This document shows, piece by piece, positions 49,801 through 62,189 of a stretch of 64,000 nucleotides of DNA; positions within the stretch are counted from its first letter, which is position 1, and every line of letters begins with the position of its first letter. The stretch lies in the NCBI GenBank assembly GCA_904063045.1, contig CAJFCJ010000006.1, positions 1,713,601-1,777,600 on the forward strand, written 5' to 3'. The notes beneath the pieces are model-generated. The model was not told the origin of the DNA and ran no database searches. It was given only the letters and a program-made list of their open reading frames with translations. The stretch is from Dimorphilus gyrociliatus. Its lineage: Eukaryota; Animalia; Annelida. Made by a program: the position numbers and the translations under genes.

Positions 49801-52663
49801 ACCTTCTTTCTACTAATAGTAGTTCAGTCTTTTTTGAACGATTCGTTCGTGGAGTGGTTTCGCCTTCGCTGGAGGAGTTACTACATGTGGAAGACCTGGA
49901 TAATTGCCTTTGTAAATGCGTTCTACTTTTTTCAATTATAAATTCTCCCGACAACAACATTGAATGACTTCTTTGTTTTCTAACACCGCTATCTGAATCG
50001 CTTGCTTCATCATCAGTTCGAGGAGAACTCTCCTAAAAAAGAATATTCGCTTTAAAATAGTTAACAGTTAATAAAGTAACTCACCTTTGAAAGAGGTCCA
50101 AAGTCATAAGACAAGTCTACCAGACGCATTTCAGTTGAACGGCAGCGGAGTTTTGGGGTTCCGCATGTTTCAAGTATAGGAATGCGTTCACTAATCCTTA
50201 GCGTATGATCTGAAGAAGAAAAGAAGGAAGTTTTAATCTGAAGTAAATCTAAAATGTCAGTTTTAAATATATTAAGATCAATTATCTAGTAAAAGATAAA
50301 GGTTTATAGGGTAATCGGATTATTGGATAAATTCAAGGGTAAAAATAGCAAAAACGAATAGTGTAAACCGAAATTTCTTTGTTAACTTGTCGCTGCTGCA
50401 TACCTATTGTATTCTTCTTCGTGGGCGATGACAATATTTGACTGGTGGAGGCTAGAGGATTTGAACATTCGTCCTCCATTTCTAATGTTATAACAGATGC
50501 TTTAGATTGACACCTTGTGGGTTCTTCTGGGCCATAACTCAGGAAGGGAAATGATATGGGATCGGATCCAGTTCGCCTATGCCCTAACTTTCTTCTATCC
50601 TTTCCAATAGGAGGTACAGGATTCAGTCGCACAGTATCACCCGTCCCTGGGCCGTCTATGCTCACAACGCTTATTGGAAACTGTTGAGGTTTGCTCGGCG
50701 GTGTAGGTTCAGCTGTTTAAGGTAATATTATTTGTGCATATGTGATTATATAAGATAAAAAAAAAGATGCATTTAGCATGCTCATTCAAGACTTTCTTTT
50801 GCAGGATATAAAATGATATTATATACTTACAGAAATGCCGTCCATGCCTCTTTGCAGAGGATAATCTTGACTCTGTTCCATCCCTTGACTTGGTATCAGG
50901 ACTGAAGCGAATTTTAGCACTCTTACGGGGTGATGATGAGGCTGTGTTGCAAGTACTAATATTGGGTAAGATTCTTGACGGAGTAGAAAGTTTTCTTTGA
51001 GTTAATGCTCTGCAAAATTTGCGAGAAATTGTAAAAAGAAACAGATGTAATTAAGGATCAACTTACCCAGAGACATGAGAATGTATACTATCTTCAATAT
51101 CTTTCTGTAATTTTTCCTCAGCCTTTTTAATCTTTTCCACATTACACATTTGTCTCTTTAGGACATTCGCTGCTGCAGCTGTTAATTTAATTTTAGCATG
51201 TTTTCTTAATTAACTAAATAGCAAGGTACCTGCTGAACTTATAGCATCAAGTGGTGGAGGTTGATCGTTTTGACTACATTTAATTAAATCAGTAGTTTTT
51301 TCTTTTGTAATGGGGCAATTTGAATCTTGACGGCTGGGGGCTCTAACAGGAGCTAAAGTGCGTGGCACTTCGGTTGCTTTTTGCCAAGCCTGCCGAAGCA
51401 GAGTTTTTATTCTTTTTGTCTTTGCCACATCGGCCGGTGTATGACCAGCATCATCGACTGAAGTGACGTCAGCACCTCGTTTCAAAAGCAACTTTGTCGA
51501 TTCCTCGTGACCATTGATTGCCTGCATAATAATATTCAAAATGATTGTTCAGAGTAGTTTACACTATATACTTTGCATATATAGCACATTCATTATTTAT
51601 AGGTATGAATAAAATAATTTTTAAATTCTAAAAGTTTAATTACCGCTATATGTAATGCTGTAGATCCAGAATAACCCTTAGAATTCGCCTCGGCCCCGCA
51701 GTCTAGAACCGTTTTTAAAACTCCAGTATTTCCAGCTTGAGCAGCACAATGAACAGCCGCAAACTGTCTCTTATCTCTGACATCTTGATTATCTAAGTGC
51801 TAAATTAAAAGATAGTCTGTATATAGATATATATGAAGAGTTATATATATATTGTATATATTTATATATATTAGTATATATATATACTAGTTGCCTACGA
51901 AATGAATGGAAATTTATAAATAAACAAATACATAATACCCTACCTGCAATATATATTTTACCACTTCAGCCGCACATTCAGCGGTTGACGAGCAAGCTAA
52001 ATGAATAATAGACCTCTCCTGGAGGTCAGTGGCTTTTAAATCAGCTTTAGATTGCAAAAGTCGTCTAACAACGGCCAGTGATTCGCACTTTGAAGGGCTG
52101 AATTTTTCCATAATATTCATATCTCTTACAGCTAAAAGTAGAGGAGTAAATCCATCAGAATTAAGACAGTTTACGTTAACATTCTCATTCTTCAAAATAG
52201 TGTTTACGGTATCTATATCGCCCTGCCAAGAAGCCTGGAGAAGGTTTCGGTGATTTCCACCGTTTTCGACACCAGTGAGTAGTTTGGACTTCATACTTAT
52301 GTGTGAAGCTAATTCAAGAGGAGTATGTCCATCGTTGTCCCTGAGAGTTATGTCAGCTCCGTTCTTTAAAAGAGCATCAACGCAGTCTGCGTAACCTCTA
52401 TGAACAGCCCAATGAATGGCCGTTCGGCCAGTTTTACTGTCTCGTACATCAACTGTAACAGCCTTTTCACCTCTAGCTTTAAGTAAACTTTCCAATTTTG
52501 CTGCATCGCCATCCTTAGCTGCCGATATAAAGGCATCTCTCGAGTAATTTGATACGGTATCCGTATTAAATATTGTATCAACAACGTCCTGATATTGCTT
52601 CATTGAAGTTTCGTGTCGTTTTGAAGTGTTTAGAGTATTCGATGGACTTGTTGTCAATGTCAT
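46876..52663 (-). CDS. MAP3K19: MAP3K19/YSK4-type STE kinase with N-terminal ankyrin repeats
   Basis: Kinase WKKGHLLGKGAYGKVFCGL, HRDIKGGNIML..IKLIDFGCAKR, SMRGTPYWMAPEVI, KSDIWSVGCTVFEMAT. I traced an in-phase exon chain from the ankyrin exons (52663-51944, ~51800-51645, ~51525-51230) through to the kinase. Confidence 0.88.
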
Positions 52664-52766
52664 TATGCTTCAAAAGCCTAGTGTATCTGTCGTTTTTTCC
52701 TTAATCTACAGATTACACCATATCACGTGTCCCCTGTGTAAGAAAACAACAAGGTATTGCGTAAAA

Positions 52767-52778
52767 GTTTCTGGCAAC
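52767..52778. promoter_or_regulatory. RFX X-box-like element upstream of MAP3K19
   Basis: GTTTCTGGCAAC, containing the GGCAAC/GTTGCC half-site, about 104 bp upstream of the ATG. Confidence 0.45.
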
Positions 52779-53460
52779 AAAACATAAAACCATTCAATAA
52801 TTCTTTGTCCTAGAGATCGAGAAAATTGGCACTAATCCAAATCGAATGCTTATTGGAAACCGATTGTTTATGATTCTATTTTTTTAAAGACACTACAGTT
52901 ATTTGGTTCATACCTTACGTTTTGAAATTCGTCCCTAATTGCAGATAATCCATTTCACAAAAACTAAAATGCCAACCAGATCGGTAAATTAGCGACTGAC
53001 AGAAAAAGAGTCGTATGCTATTTATAAGGAAAGGTGAATCGATTAAATGCTATTAAAGTGTATATCTTTTCTTTTTTCAACAATTAAAACGGGTTCGAAC
53101 ATGAGTAAACTTTTAATGACCCATAAATATAGGAACCAACTAGTAGAGGAAGGAGAAAAAAGGTATAGGAGTGGGAATATCCAAATCCTTTTATTGAATA
53201 TACAGACGATGATTAATATAATCTAGCACAATAAAAAGACATAGGCTTTAATTCAAATTTCTTTATTCACTTACGACAGTAAAATAAAGAAGAAAATGTC
53301 GCGTAAAAAATTATTTCATTAATAAATAAAATATTTCTTTAAAGCTTGATCTATAAGGGTAAAAGAATAGAAATTATATCTTTTTTAATATAGTGTATAG
53401 TCAGTTCAATTCATTGAATTTAAATTAATTGAATTTCTATTCGTAAGAAGGAAGAAGAAG

Positions 53461-53990
53461 CTAAAGGAGTTTGGAATAAAATGATTCAATTATATTGTAT
53501 ATATACTGTATATGGCTTGAATCAATACTACTGAAAAAATTCTTGAGGTATTGATTTAACCGGGACATTTTATAATATCGCCTAACGAGTAAGAGGTCAA
53601 ATGAATGGAAAAAGAGTAAATTTTTGCAATAATAAAGTAAAAAATACATACCTTAATTCAGTTACTATTTGTTTTATGAATATTTCATCCGAATAGTTTA
53701 GCCATTTTATCCATAATTTAAGTAAATTTGAAAAAAAATCATTAAAAAAAATCAGTTCAAGGTTTGAATGTCTACTGCTTGTTCTGTTTACAGTTGCCCA
53801 GCAATTTCTTAGTAAGGTTGGATTGCTCGGTCTGCCATCTACAGTCATTTGAACATATTTATCCTGTTAGTGGAAAGTCAATGGTTTTTTTTATGCAATC
53901 ATAAGATAAACATGATATATTGTTTTGTAATTTCCATTTAGATATCGTAAAAAGAAATAGATTTTGATAAATTAACCTTTGTGCATGTTA
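53461..53990 (-). CDS. Possible small uncharacterised spliced gene
   Basis: Short segments bounded by AG/GT can be joined in frame (..TCTK|DKYVQMTVDG..VTELR|RYYKMSRL..KLL*). No recognisable domain and the start was not found. Confidence 0.3.
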
Positions 53991-55044
53991 TCATCAGGTG
54001 CAATTTTCTATATATATATATATATACACTGTATATATAAATTTATATATATTAGTTATACATACCGCTTAAATTATACTTGTTTATTTCTTTATCTTAT
54101 CAACAATAATATTGATTCTGAAACTTTGCTATTATAAATCTACATCCTTATAAAATCTTTTATGGGAACAATTAATCAAAATGATCTATTTTTAAACTTA
54201 ATCACATGTTTATTGAATATTTTTGGGGGGTAAAACATTTTATTCTTTTGAAGCGTATCTCTCGAATCTAGGCACTTGTTTTATCGTTTAAAACAATTTT
54301 TAATGTTTATGCTTTTTTCCTATTTCTGTCAGGAAAATAGATCTTTATATATCTTTTAAGTGTGGGAAAAGAAAAAATTCAATAGAGGTTATATAAGTAT
54401 GTTTAAATATTACCTTGTTTTTCAGAAAAAAAGACTAATCAAGGTAAAATTTCTAAACGTAAATTGTCCTATTCTATCTGCGTACTTATTCTTCTAAGGT
54501 TATTTGGATAAAATCTAATCTACTTATTACGAAGTTCCATTTTATTATTTATTTCATTTATCGGTTAAAAACAACTGTATTTCTTACTTTTTTTATTACT
54601 GACCTTAACTTCTTTAAGTTAATGATGCAATATTTTAGTACTATTTTAATACAATAAAAAATAGTAGGAATAAAGTCTTTCTTGCATATATATGACATTT
54701 CAACATTTTTTAATTTTCAAGTCAACCGCCTAAGTTTTAAACTGCGTAGTAATTCAATAATAATGGAAATAATTACTTTTCTTATACATTCAAATGTATA
54801 ACTGATTGTGAACATAATCTCTAATTAACTATATATACGATTTCATTCATTAATTAAAATTGTTAAATAATTTGCTTCCCTCCTCCAATCATTACAACAA
54901 GCATGGCAAGAGATTATAGATAGTTGACCGATCGGTAACCGGTTGCTGAACGAAAGTGTCCGAAATTTTATCGAATCGAATACCTTCGGAAGTGTGTTTT
55001 TAAGCGTGGAACACATTGCTGTCATTTAAAGGACCCGGCAAATC

Positions 55045-56720
55045 ATGGCTTGTCCAACATTTATTGATATCACGGAGGAGGAACAGGTAAAATAAGCTAA
55101 TATTATATAGATTATATATGATTCTCCATGACTATTTCGACTTTGAGAATTATCTTCGGTTCAGTTTTATATTGTTGTATTATCGCTCTTAAACCGCTAA
55201 CAGATGGCTGAACTGAGAGAATTTCTTCACCGAAAAGGTGAAAAAATAACGAAGGAGTATGAGAAGGAGGGTGGTAACTTATGTGACAATTTAATGGAGA
55301 TAATGGATGCCTCTCGTAACATCGTTAATGAGGCCAGTGGTTAGTCTTTTTATTTCACTGCAATTGATATTTTGTGCAAAATCGCCTCTAAAAAACTTTC
55401 AATATATAGATACCGTACAAGAATATGAAAGTCTTTTGTACAGTTTGGTTTCTTTAGTTGTTTATGTTCCGTTTCCGGATAATGATCTGTTGAAAATCGA
55501 GAAATTTTGCGAAGTCTTATCAAACCCTGAGAATCAAAAACCAGGAAAACACTGTGAATCTAGGCTTAGAGTGTGAGTAGAGAGTGATTGATTATTCATC
55601 TATATAAAGAAATGAGTAAAAATTAACCATTTTTATATAGATTACAAACCCTTTACAAGAGTTTGTCAACTAACGGTCCTCAGAGATATATTGTATACAA
55701 AGCAATGCTTGGAATTGCAATGGCCATACCAAACATGAGTGCAATAATCACTGATGTAAAAAAGGTTAGTAGCATGGACATGAAAACAGATATAACCCAG
55801 TAAATTGTTTTAATTCTATTAAAGCTTGGTAAACTTTTTGAAGAATGGAATGTTGGAGTTGAAGAGCAGAGAGAATTATATATGATCATACAAAAAGGAT
55901 GGTTAAAAGTAAATCTTCCCAACAGAGCAATGAAGACAATGTTAGCCTATTTGTCAACTTTTGAAGCTGAAGATTCTAAAAAAGCAACAAAAGAAGCTGA
56001 AAAATGCATATTTATCTTAATTAATGATCCTAGATACTTTCTTATGGATCATTTGTTGAACTTGGAACCTGTTAAGGCTTTGAAAGGCTCTCTAATTTTT
56101 GAAGTAAATTCTCACTTTCATATTTCACTAGAAAAATAATAAACATTCAACTTTTCAGTTGCTACAAATCTTTATTCATCAACGAGTTGCCCAATACCTT
56201 GATTTCTATTCTAAAAACCAGGAATTTATTGAAATGATGAGTAAGCTTTAACATTAAATTCTTTTAACTTCAATAAGATTTCAAATTATTGTTTAGAACT
56301 CAATCATGAACGCAATTTGAAAAAGATGAGGATTCTTACTTTAATGCAAATAGGAGAATTTAACAGAGTTGTAGATTTCTCCACATTAGAAAGAGAATTA
56401 AAATTGGAATCGGACCAAGTAGAAAATTTTGTAATAGAAGGTAAAATAATGCTAAATCTTAAAAAATCAATGTAAACTAAATCATGTCTATTTTTGCAGC
56501 CACTGCTTGTAGAGCCGTAAACGTAAAAATTGACGAAATGAATAAAAAGATCGTTATCAATAGCACTTTACCTAGGGCATTCGAGATGAAACAATGGCTA
56601 AATCTACAAAACCAATTGAAAAATTGGAAATGGCAGTTGAACACCGTAAAAAATTTCCTCGCTGTCAAGAAAGAGAAACCGAAGAAATCGAATCAATCGC
56701 GATACGCTCCTGAACGCTAA
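55045..56720 (+). CDS. EIF3M: Eukaryotic translation initiation factor 3 subunit M (PCI domain)
   Basis: MACPTFIDITEEEQ|MAELREFL, DPRYFLMDHLLNLEPVKALKG, NLKKMRILTLM, VKIDEMNKKIVINSTLPRAF..QW. Confidence 0.93.
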
Positions 56721-56798
56721 TTAACTATTAGTCAATTCTCTGTTTTTTTTCAAGGGCTTGTATTAAAAAGAATTTATTAAAATGTAAACATTGTGGAA

Positions 56799-57344
56799 TT
56801 ATGGTTTTGCAGTTGTTATAGGTTCCGGAGAATAAGTTCCACACGGGGGTGGAACATCTCTTGGCCAGTTACAAAGACTATCATAAACATCCCATGTCAG
56901 ACCTGTTCCGGGATTAAGTAATTAAAATGTAAATATATATAAAAAAGAGATATATTACCATCAGGACAACACTGAGTTCCCATGTTTTGTCCATCTTGAC
57001 ACGTGTAGTAGCACCTACAGTTCATTTCCAAAATTGGATATCTCCCATCTGGAGTATTTCCACAACTTTTCTCATTTCCACAAGGCGGAGGTGTATTCAC
57101 AGGATCGTCACATTGACCCTTAGCGTGATTGAAAACTCTTGGTCTTATGCAATAGTTGGCAATAGGCGACCCATTTCTGCAAATTTCATAATACTGACAA
57201 CCAGCATTTACTATTGTATCATCAGGTTTATTAATGCATTCATTGGCAGATGCAAATCCGACTACAAAGAAAGAAAAAAAGTAATCCTTTATCTTCAATA
57301 AAAGATATACAACCTAAACAAAGCAACAATGTAATCTTAATCAT
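56799..57344 (-). CDS. Small secreted protein with two chitin-binding type-2 (CBM14/peritrophin-A) domains, 3 exons
   Basis: Signal MIKITLLLCL|VGFASA, then C..PD..C.QYYEIC..C..RVFNHAKGQCD and C..PDGRYP..C..YYTC..CCPD|GLTWDVYDSLCNWP. Confidence 0.88.
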
Positions 57345-57767
57345 ATTTCTCTCTGTTTTGCTTCAGAGGTTAGCGTTAGGTTGAATACGCCGTTCGCCTC
57401 TTTTATAGAGGCTTAATTATAGCCAGCGAAGATAACAGATGCTAAGTTATGTTCACACATGCTTAAAATGCTACTTTTGCCAAAAAATATATTCTTCCTT
57501 GGGAATTACCTGATTGTGTCAAATATAACCTTCAATTATCATTATCAAAACATAGATACAGTATATTTATATATATAGCCTTTAAAGTAATTTTTATTTT
57601 ACTCATTATGGATATCGGTTATTCACCTTCTGTAAGATTTGAATAGAAAAAAAAAACTTGAATGTTATCTTACAATTCCCGGATTTATTTATTGGAAAAT
57701 CTTAATCATATGCAAGATTTCAATAACAAAAACATTTATTTTTATTTTGCTAACAATTCTACAATTA

Positions 57768-58874
57768 CTAATTGTATCTTTCTTTTGTTAAATCTATAAT
57801 TGCCCTTCCCCTGACCTCTCCTCTCCTCAAAGCATCTAAAGCATAGTTGATTTCGTCCAAAGAAAAAAAACTCGTTTCGACATCGTTAATTCGATTTTCC
57901 TTCACAAGCTCAACTACTTCTCTAAGAGTCTCCAATGATCCGGTTCTTACTCCTTTTAGAGTAATACTTCTACTGATAACGTCCGCAAGTGATATATCTA
58001 AATGACCGCCATTTAATCCAATTAACGTTATCGTACCTCCGTTCTTGGAACATTTTAAGCAAATTTCAGCAGTTTCGCTTGTACCCGTGAAATCAATGGA
58101 GCCAATGAATCCTCTTTTTAAAGACTTTTCAAAGATTTTGTCGACTTGACAATCAAAATTAGCATCTTTAGACCAAAGAAAGGTATGACTGGCTCCCTTG
58201 TTTTTAGCAATATCAAGTTTTATTTTGTTTACGTCAACAACGCAAATTTCCGATTTTGGATAGATAGATTTCGTAAAGGTTATAGCCCATTGGCCCAATC
58301 CACCAGCTCCTATAAGAAGGATGGAGCCATCCGGATTTCCTTTGAGAGATTCACCTAGACTTTTGACAGCCGAATAAGCTGTAAGGGCTGAACATGGTAG
58401 CATGGGTGCCACATCATTCGGAATTGAATCCTTCTTTATCAAATAATTACTTGTATTTGGCAAAATAGTATGAGTTGAATAACCGCCTATTATCTTTCCT
58501 TGACCAACGTCCTTAGAACCGCTGGGATTATTTTCGCAGAGAGATGACCTACCGTTTAGGCAGTTGATGCACTGCCTGCATCCCGCCCAAGGGTAGACAA
58601 GAACCTTATCTCCAACTTTAAATTGACTATCAGCTTTAATTCCTATATCTACTATAGTTCCAGATATCTCATGACCAGGAGTAATACCGCTGATTCCTCT
58701 CCCTTCTTCATCACAATAATTAGAATTCTCATTTTCAATGAAATGCAAGTCGCTATGACAAATACCTGCATATTCTATCTTTACAATAGCGCCCTCAACT
58801 GGTACCTTCGGTAGAGGTTCGTTTATTATCTTTAAAGGCTCTTGCTCTCTCGTAATAATTGCCCTACGAAGCAT
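57768..58874 (-). CDS. Zinc-dependent medium-chain alcohol dehydrogenase, intronless
   Basis: GICHSDLH, GHEISG, YPWAGCRQCINC..LC (structural Zn), PCSALTAY, GAGGLG, VVD (NAD-type acidic residue). Confidence 0.93.
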   Translation of the reverse strand: MLRRAIITREQEPLKIINEPLPKVPVEGAIVKIEYAGICHSDLHFIENENSNYCDEEGRGISGITPGHEISGTIVDIGIKADSQFKVGDKVLVYPWAGCRQCINCLNGRSSLCENNPSGSKDVGQGKIIGGYSTHTILPNTSNYLIKKDSIPNDVAPMLPCSALTAYSAVKSLGESLKGNPDGSILLIGAGGLGQWAITFTKSIYPKSEICVVDVNKIKLDIAKNKGASHTFLWSKDANFDCQVDKIFEKSLKRGFIGSIDFTGTSETAEICLKCSKNGGTITLIGLNGGHLDISLADVISRSITLKGVRTGSLETLREVVELVKENRINDVETSFFSLDEINYALDALRRGEVRGRAIIDLTKERYN

Positions 58875-59481
58875 TTTTCCAAAAAGCGTATTTACGTCTT
58901 AAATTTGCTTTCAAGTCTATAACGAGGTCGTAGAATGCCAAAATATCCTTGACCTCAGAAGTCAACATATATATGTATAAACAAACTTAGAGTAGATGGA
59001 ACACAATAGTATTAAAAACTTTGTTGAAGGTTGGAGTTAGGAAAACTATAGAATGGCGCCAACGTTTAGTTTGTTATTTCTTTTACTATTGTAATAAAAC
59101 TTATCCAATAATACAAAGTTTAGTTCTTTTTATGAAATTAAAAAAAACAGATTAGTAATGAAAGTCTTGTTTCATTTTTACAAGTTCTTTTCGATATAAT
59201 ATATAAAAAAAAACAAAACTTTTTTTTTAAAACTTTTAGTACTTTTATCTTTATATTATCGCTCATATTAAACTTTTAAATTACATATTATCAAGAATTC
59301 TTTTAAAGAATAATAATCTTTTATTCTTTCAAAAGTATAAAATGCAAATGTTAATTAATTGATTTTCAACTACTTAGAGACTAGAGGAACTCGTCAATTC
59401 AATTCATCCATTTTAAAAAATTATGTTCTACATCCGTTAAATATTAATTCTTATCTTGAGAATAAAACTCATTTAAATCAT

Positions 59482-60595
59482 TTAAAGCTTCTTCGTTTTT
59501 TTTCTCATTTTGGAAACGATTTTGTCTAGCTCTGTTAAAGTACAATTGATTCCAATTGAAATGCTCATTATTTCCAAAAATTCTGAAGTAGTCGTAAAGA
59601 GATGCAGACATATAGAAGAAGTCGTCATCGAATTCATTATTCCCGGCTATTTAAATTTGAAAGGTTTAACAATAAAGCTATTAATTTTATATTTAACAAA
59701 GTTACTAACAATTTCCGTTATTTTGTCTAGCAGTTTGGAAGCGTTGCTTGAAACATTCCATATCATTTTCGTAAAAGTTGGCCAACTGTCTGCTATGTCT
59801 TCGACATGAGTTATCTTCCTCTATGTTTAATAGATAATAGTTAATAACTAGTATGTTTAAAGTTTAAGCTTTACTACCGCATCTGTTAAGGAATGAGCCA
59901 AATTTATAGCAATAGCCATTGTAAGATCTATCTGAATGATGATTATGGGAAAAACATCTAAACTCCCTTGCGAAATTTCCGAATTGTTGGGCAAAATGTC
60001 TGTATTTTTCATTGTTCCATCTGAAATGATTCTTTTTAGCACTTTCCATCATATCATGTCTAAAGTTATTCATTTCTTGTCCATTCACAAAATTATATGC
60101 TCTATTGTAAAATTCTCTAGGAGATTTGTTATTGTTTCTTTGAGAGCAGCTACTCTGAAATCTATCCCTCATCATTCGTACAACGTTCCAATTTTGAAAA
60201 TTTCTAGAGAATCCAAATGACTGACTATCTCTATCCTAAAATAACATATTAATTTATTTAAATTCTCATGAAAAAGTAAGAAAAGAGATGAAAATTCTAC
60301 ATTGAAATCACGATAATTTCTTCTATCTCTTTGAGAGTTCTCATTGAAATTATAATTTCTCTGAAACTCTTCATTACGATCATGAAAATCGTTTCTATTG
60401 AAATTATCTTCCATCTTCTTCATGAATCTTCCATTATTGTCGTCGTCGTAATTACGATCTCTCTGTTACAGAAGATATAGATTAAATTAAGTTGTTGTAT
60501 TAATGTAAAGAGATAATAGTTACATGATTATAATCTCTAGCAAACGTTACTGCTAGAACAGCGAAGAGAACTATAGATGTTTTCACCATGTTCAT
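59482..60595 (-). CDS. Secreted Asn/Arg/Phe/Asp-rich protein (5 exons)
   Basis: Signal MNMVKTSIVLFAVLAVTFA. In-phase exons 60595-60524, 60462-60301, 60235-~59872, ~59820-59712 and ~59650-59482. TATA-like TATATAAAAAG on the minus strand ~45 bp upstream. Confidence 0.8.
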
Positions 60596-61066
60596 TTTAA
60601 ACAAAATGATAATTTCAAATGAACAGGTTCCCTTTTTATATAATTTTATTTTCTCCATTGTCACATGAGTGTCAAAAATGTATGTCCCATTATTGCTAAG
60701 AACAGATGAGCTCTCTGCACGCTACAAATCATGTGATCTATGATATAATACCTAATACATTGTATATATATAATATTTGTTAACCTTTCAGAATATATCA
60801 CATGATATTATTAATTGTACGTGATGTGGGAATAATGTATTATAGAGAGGTCGTTAGTAGTATATCCCTCTTTTTGGGAAATTTCATTTGAAGATAAGGT
60901 AACAAATTGGTAAAGATAAATGTTAGACGCTATTTGTATGAAACTGTTCAATTTCTCAGTAGTTTGTTTATTGTATTTAATTTTTAAAAATAAATTAGAC
61001 ACTTTGTTACAACTTTATCATATATATGAGTTTGTTCTCCTGTATTTTAAAAGAAATGACATTTCA

Positions 61067-62102
<1,036 letters not shown>

Positions 62103-62189
62103 TTTTCCCGGAAATAGTATATATAAGCGATAAACTGAGCGAAACCGCGATTATCGAATCGAATATATCGATTTCCGCTAACAACAAAT
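62103..62189. promoter_or_regulatory. 87-bp bidirectional promoter between RBX1 and Patsas/ZDHHC
   Basis: Head-to-head ATGs at 62102 and 62190; contains TTATCGAATCGAATA and a DRE-like TATCGATT. Confidence 0.75.
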
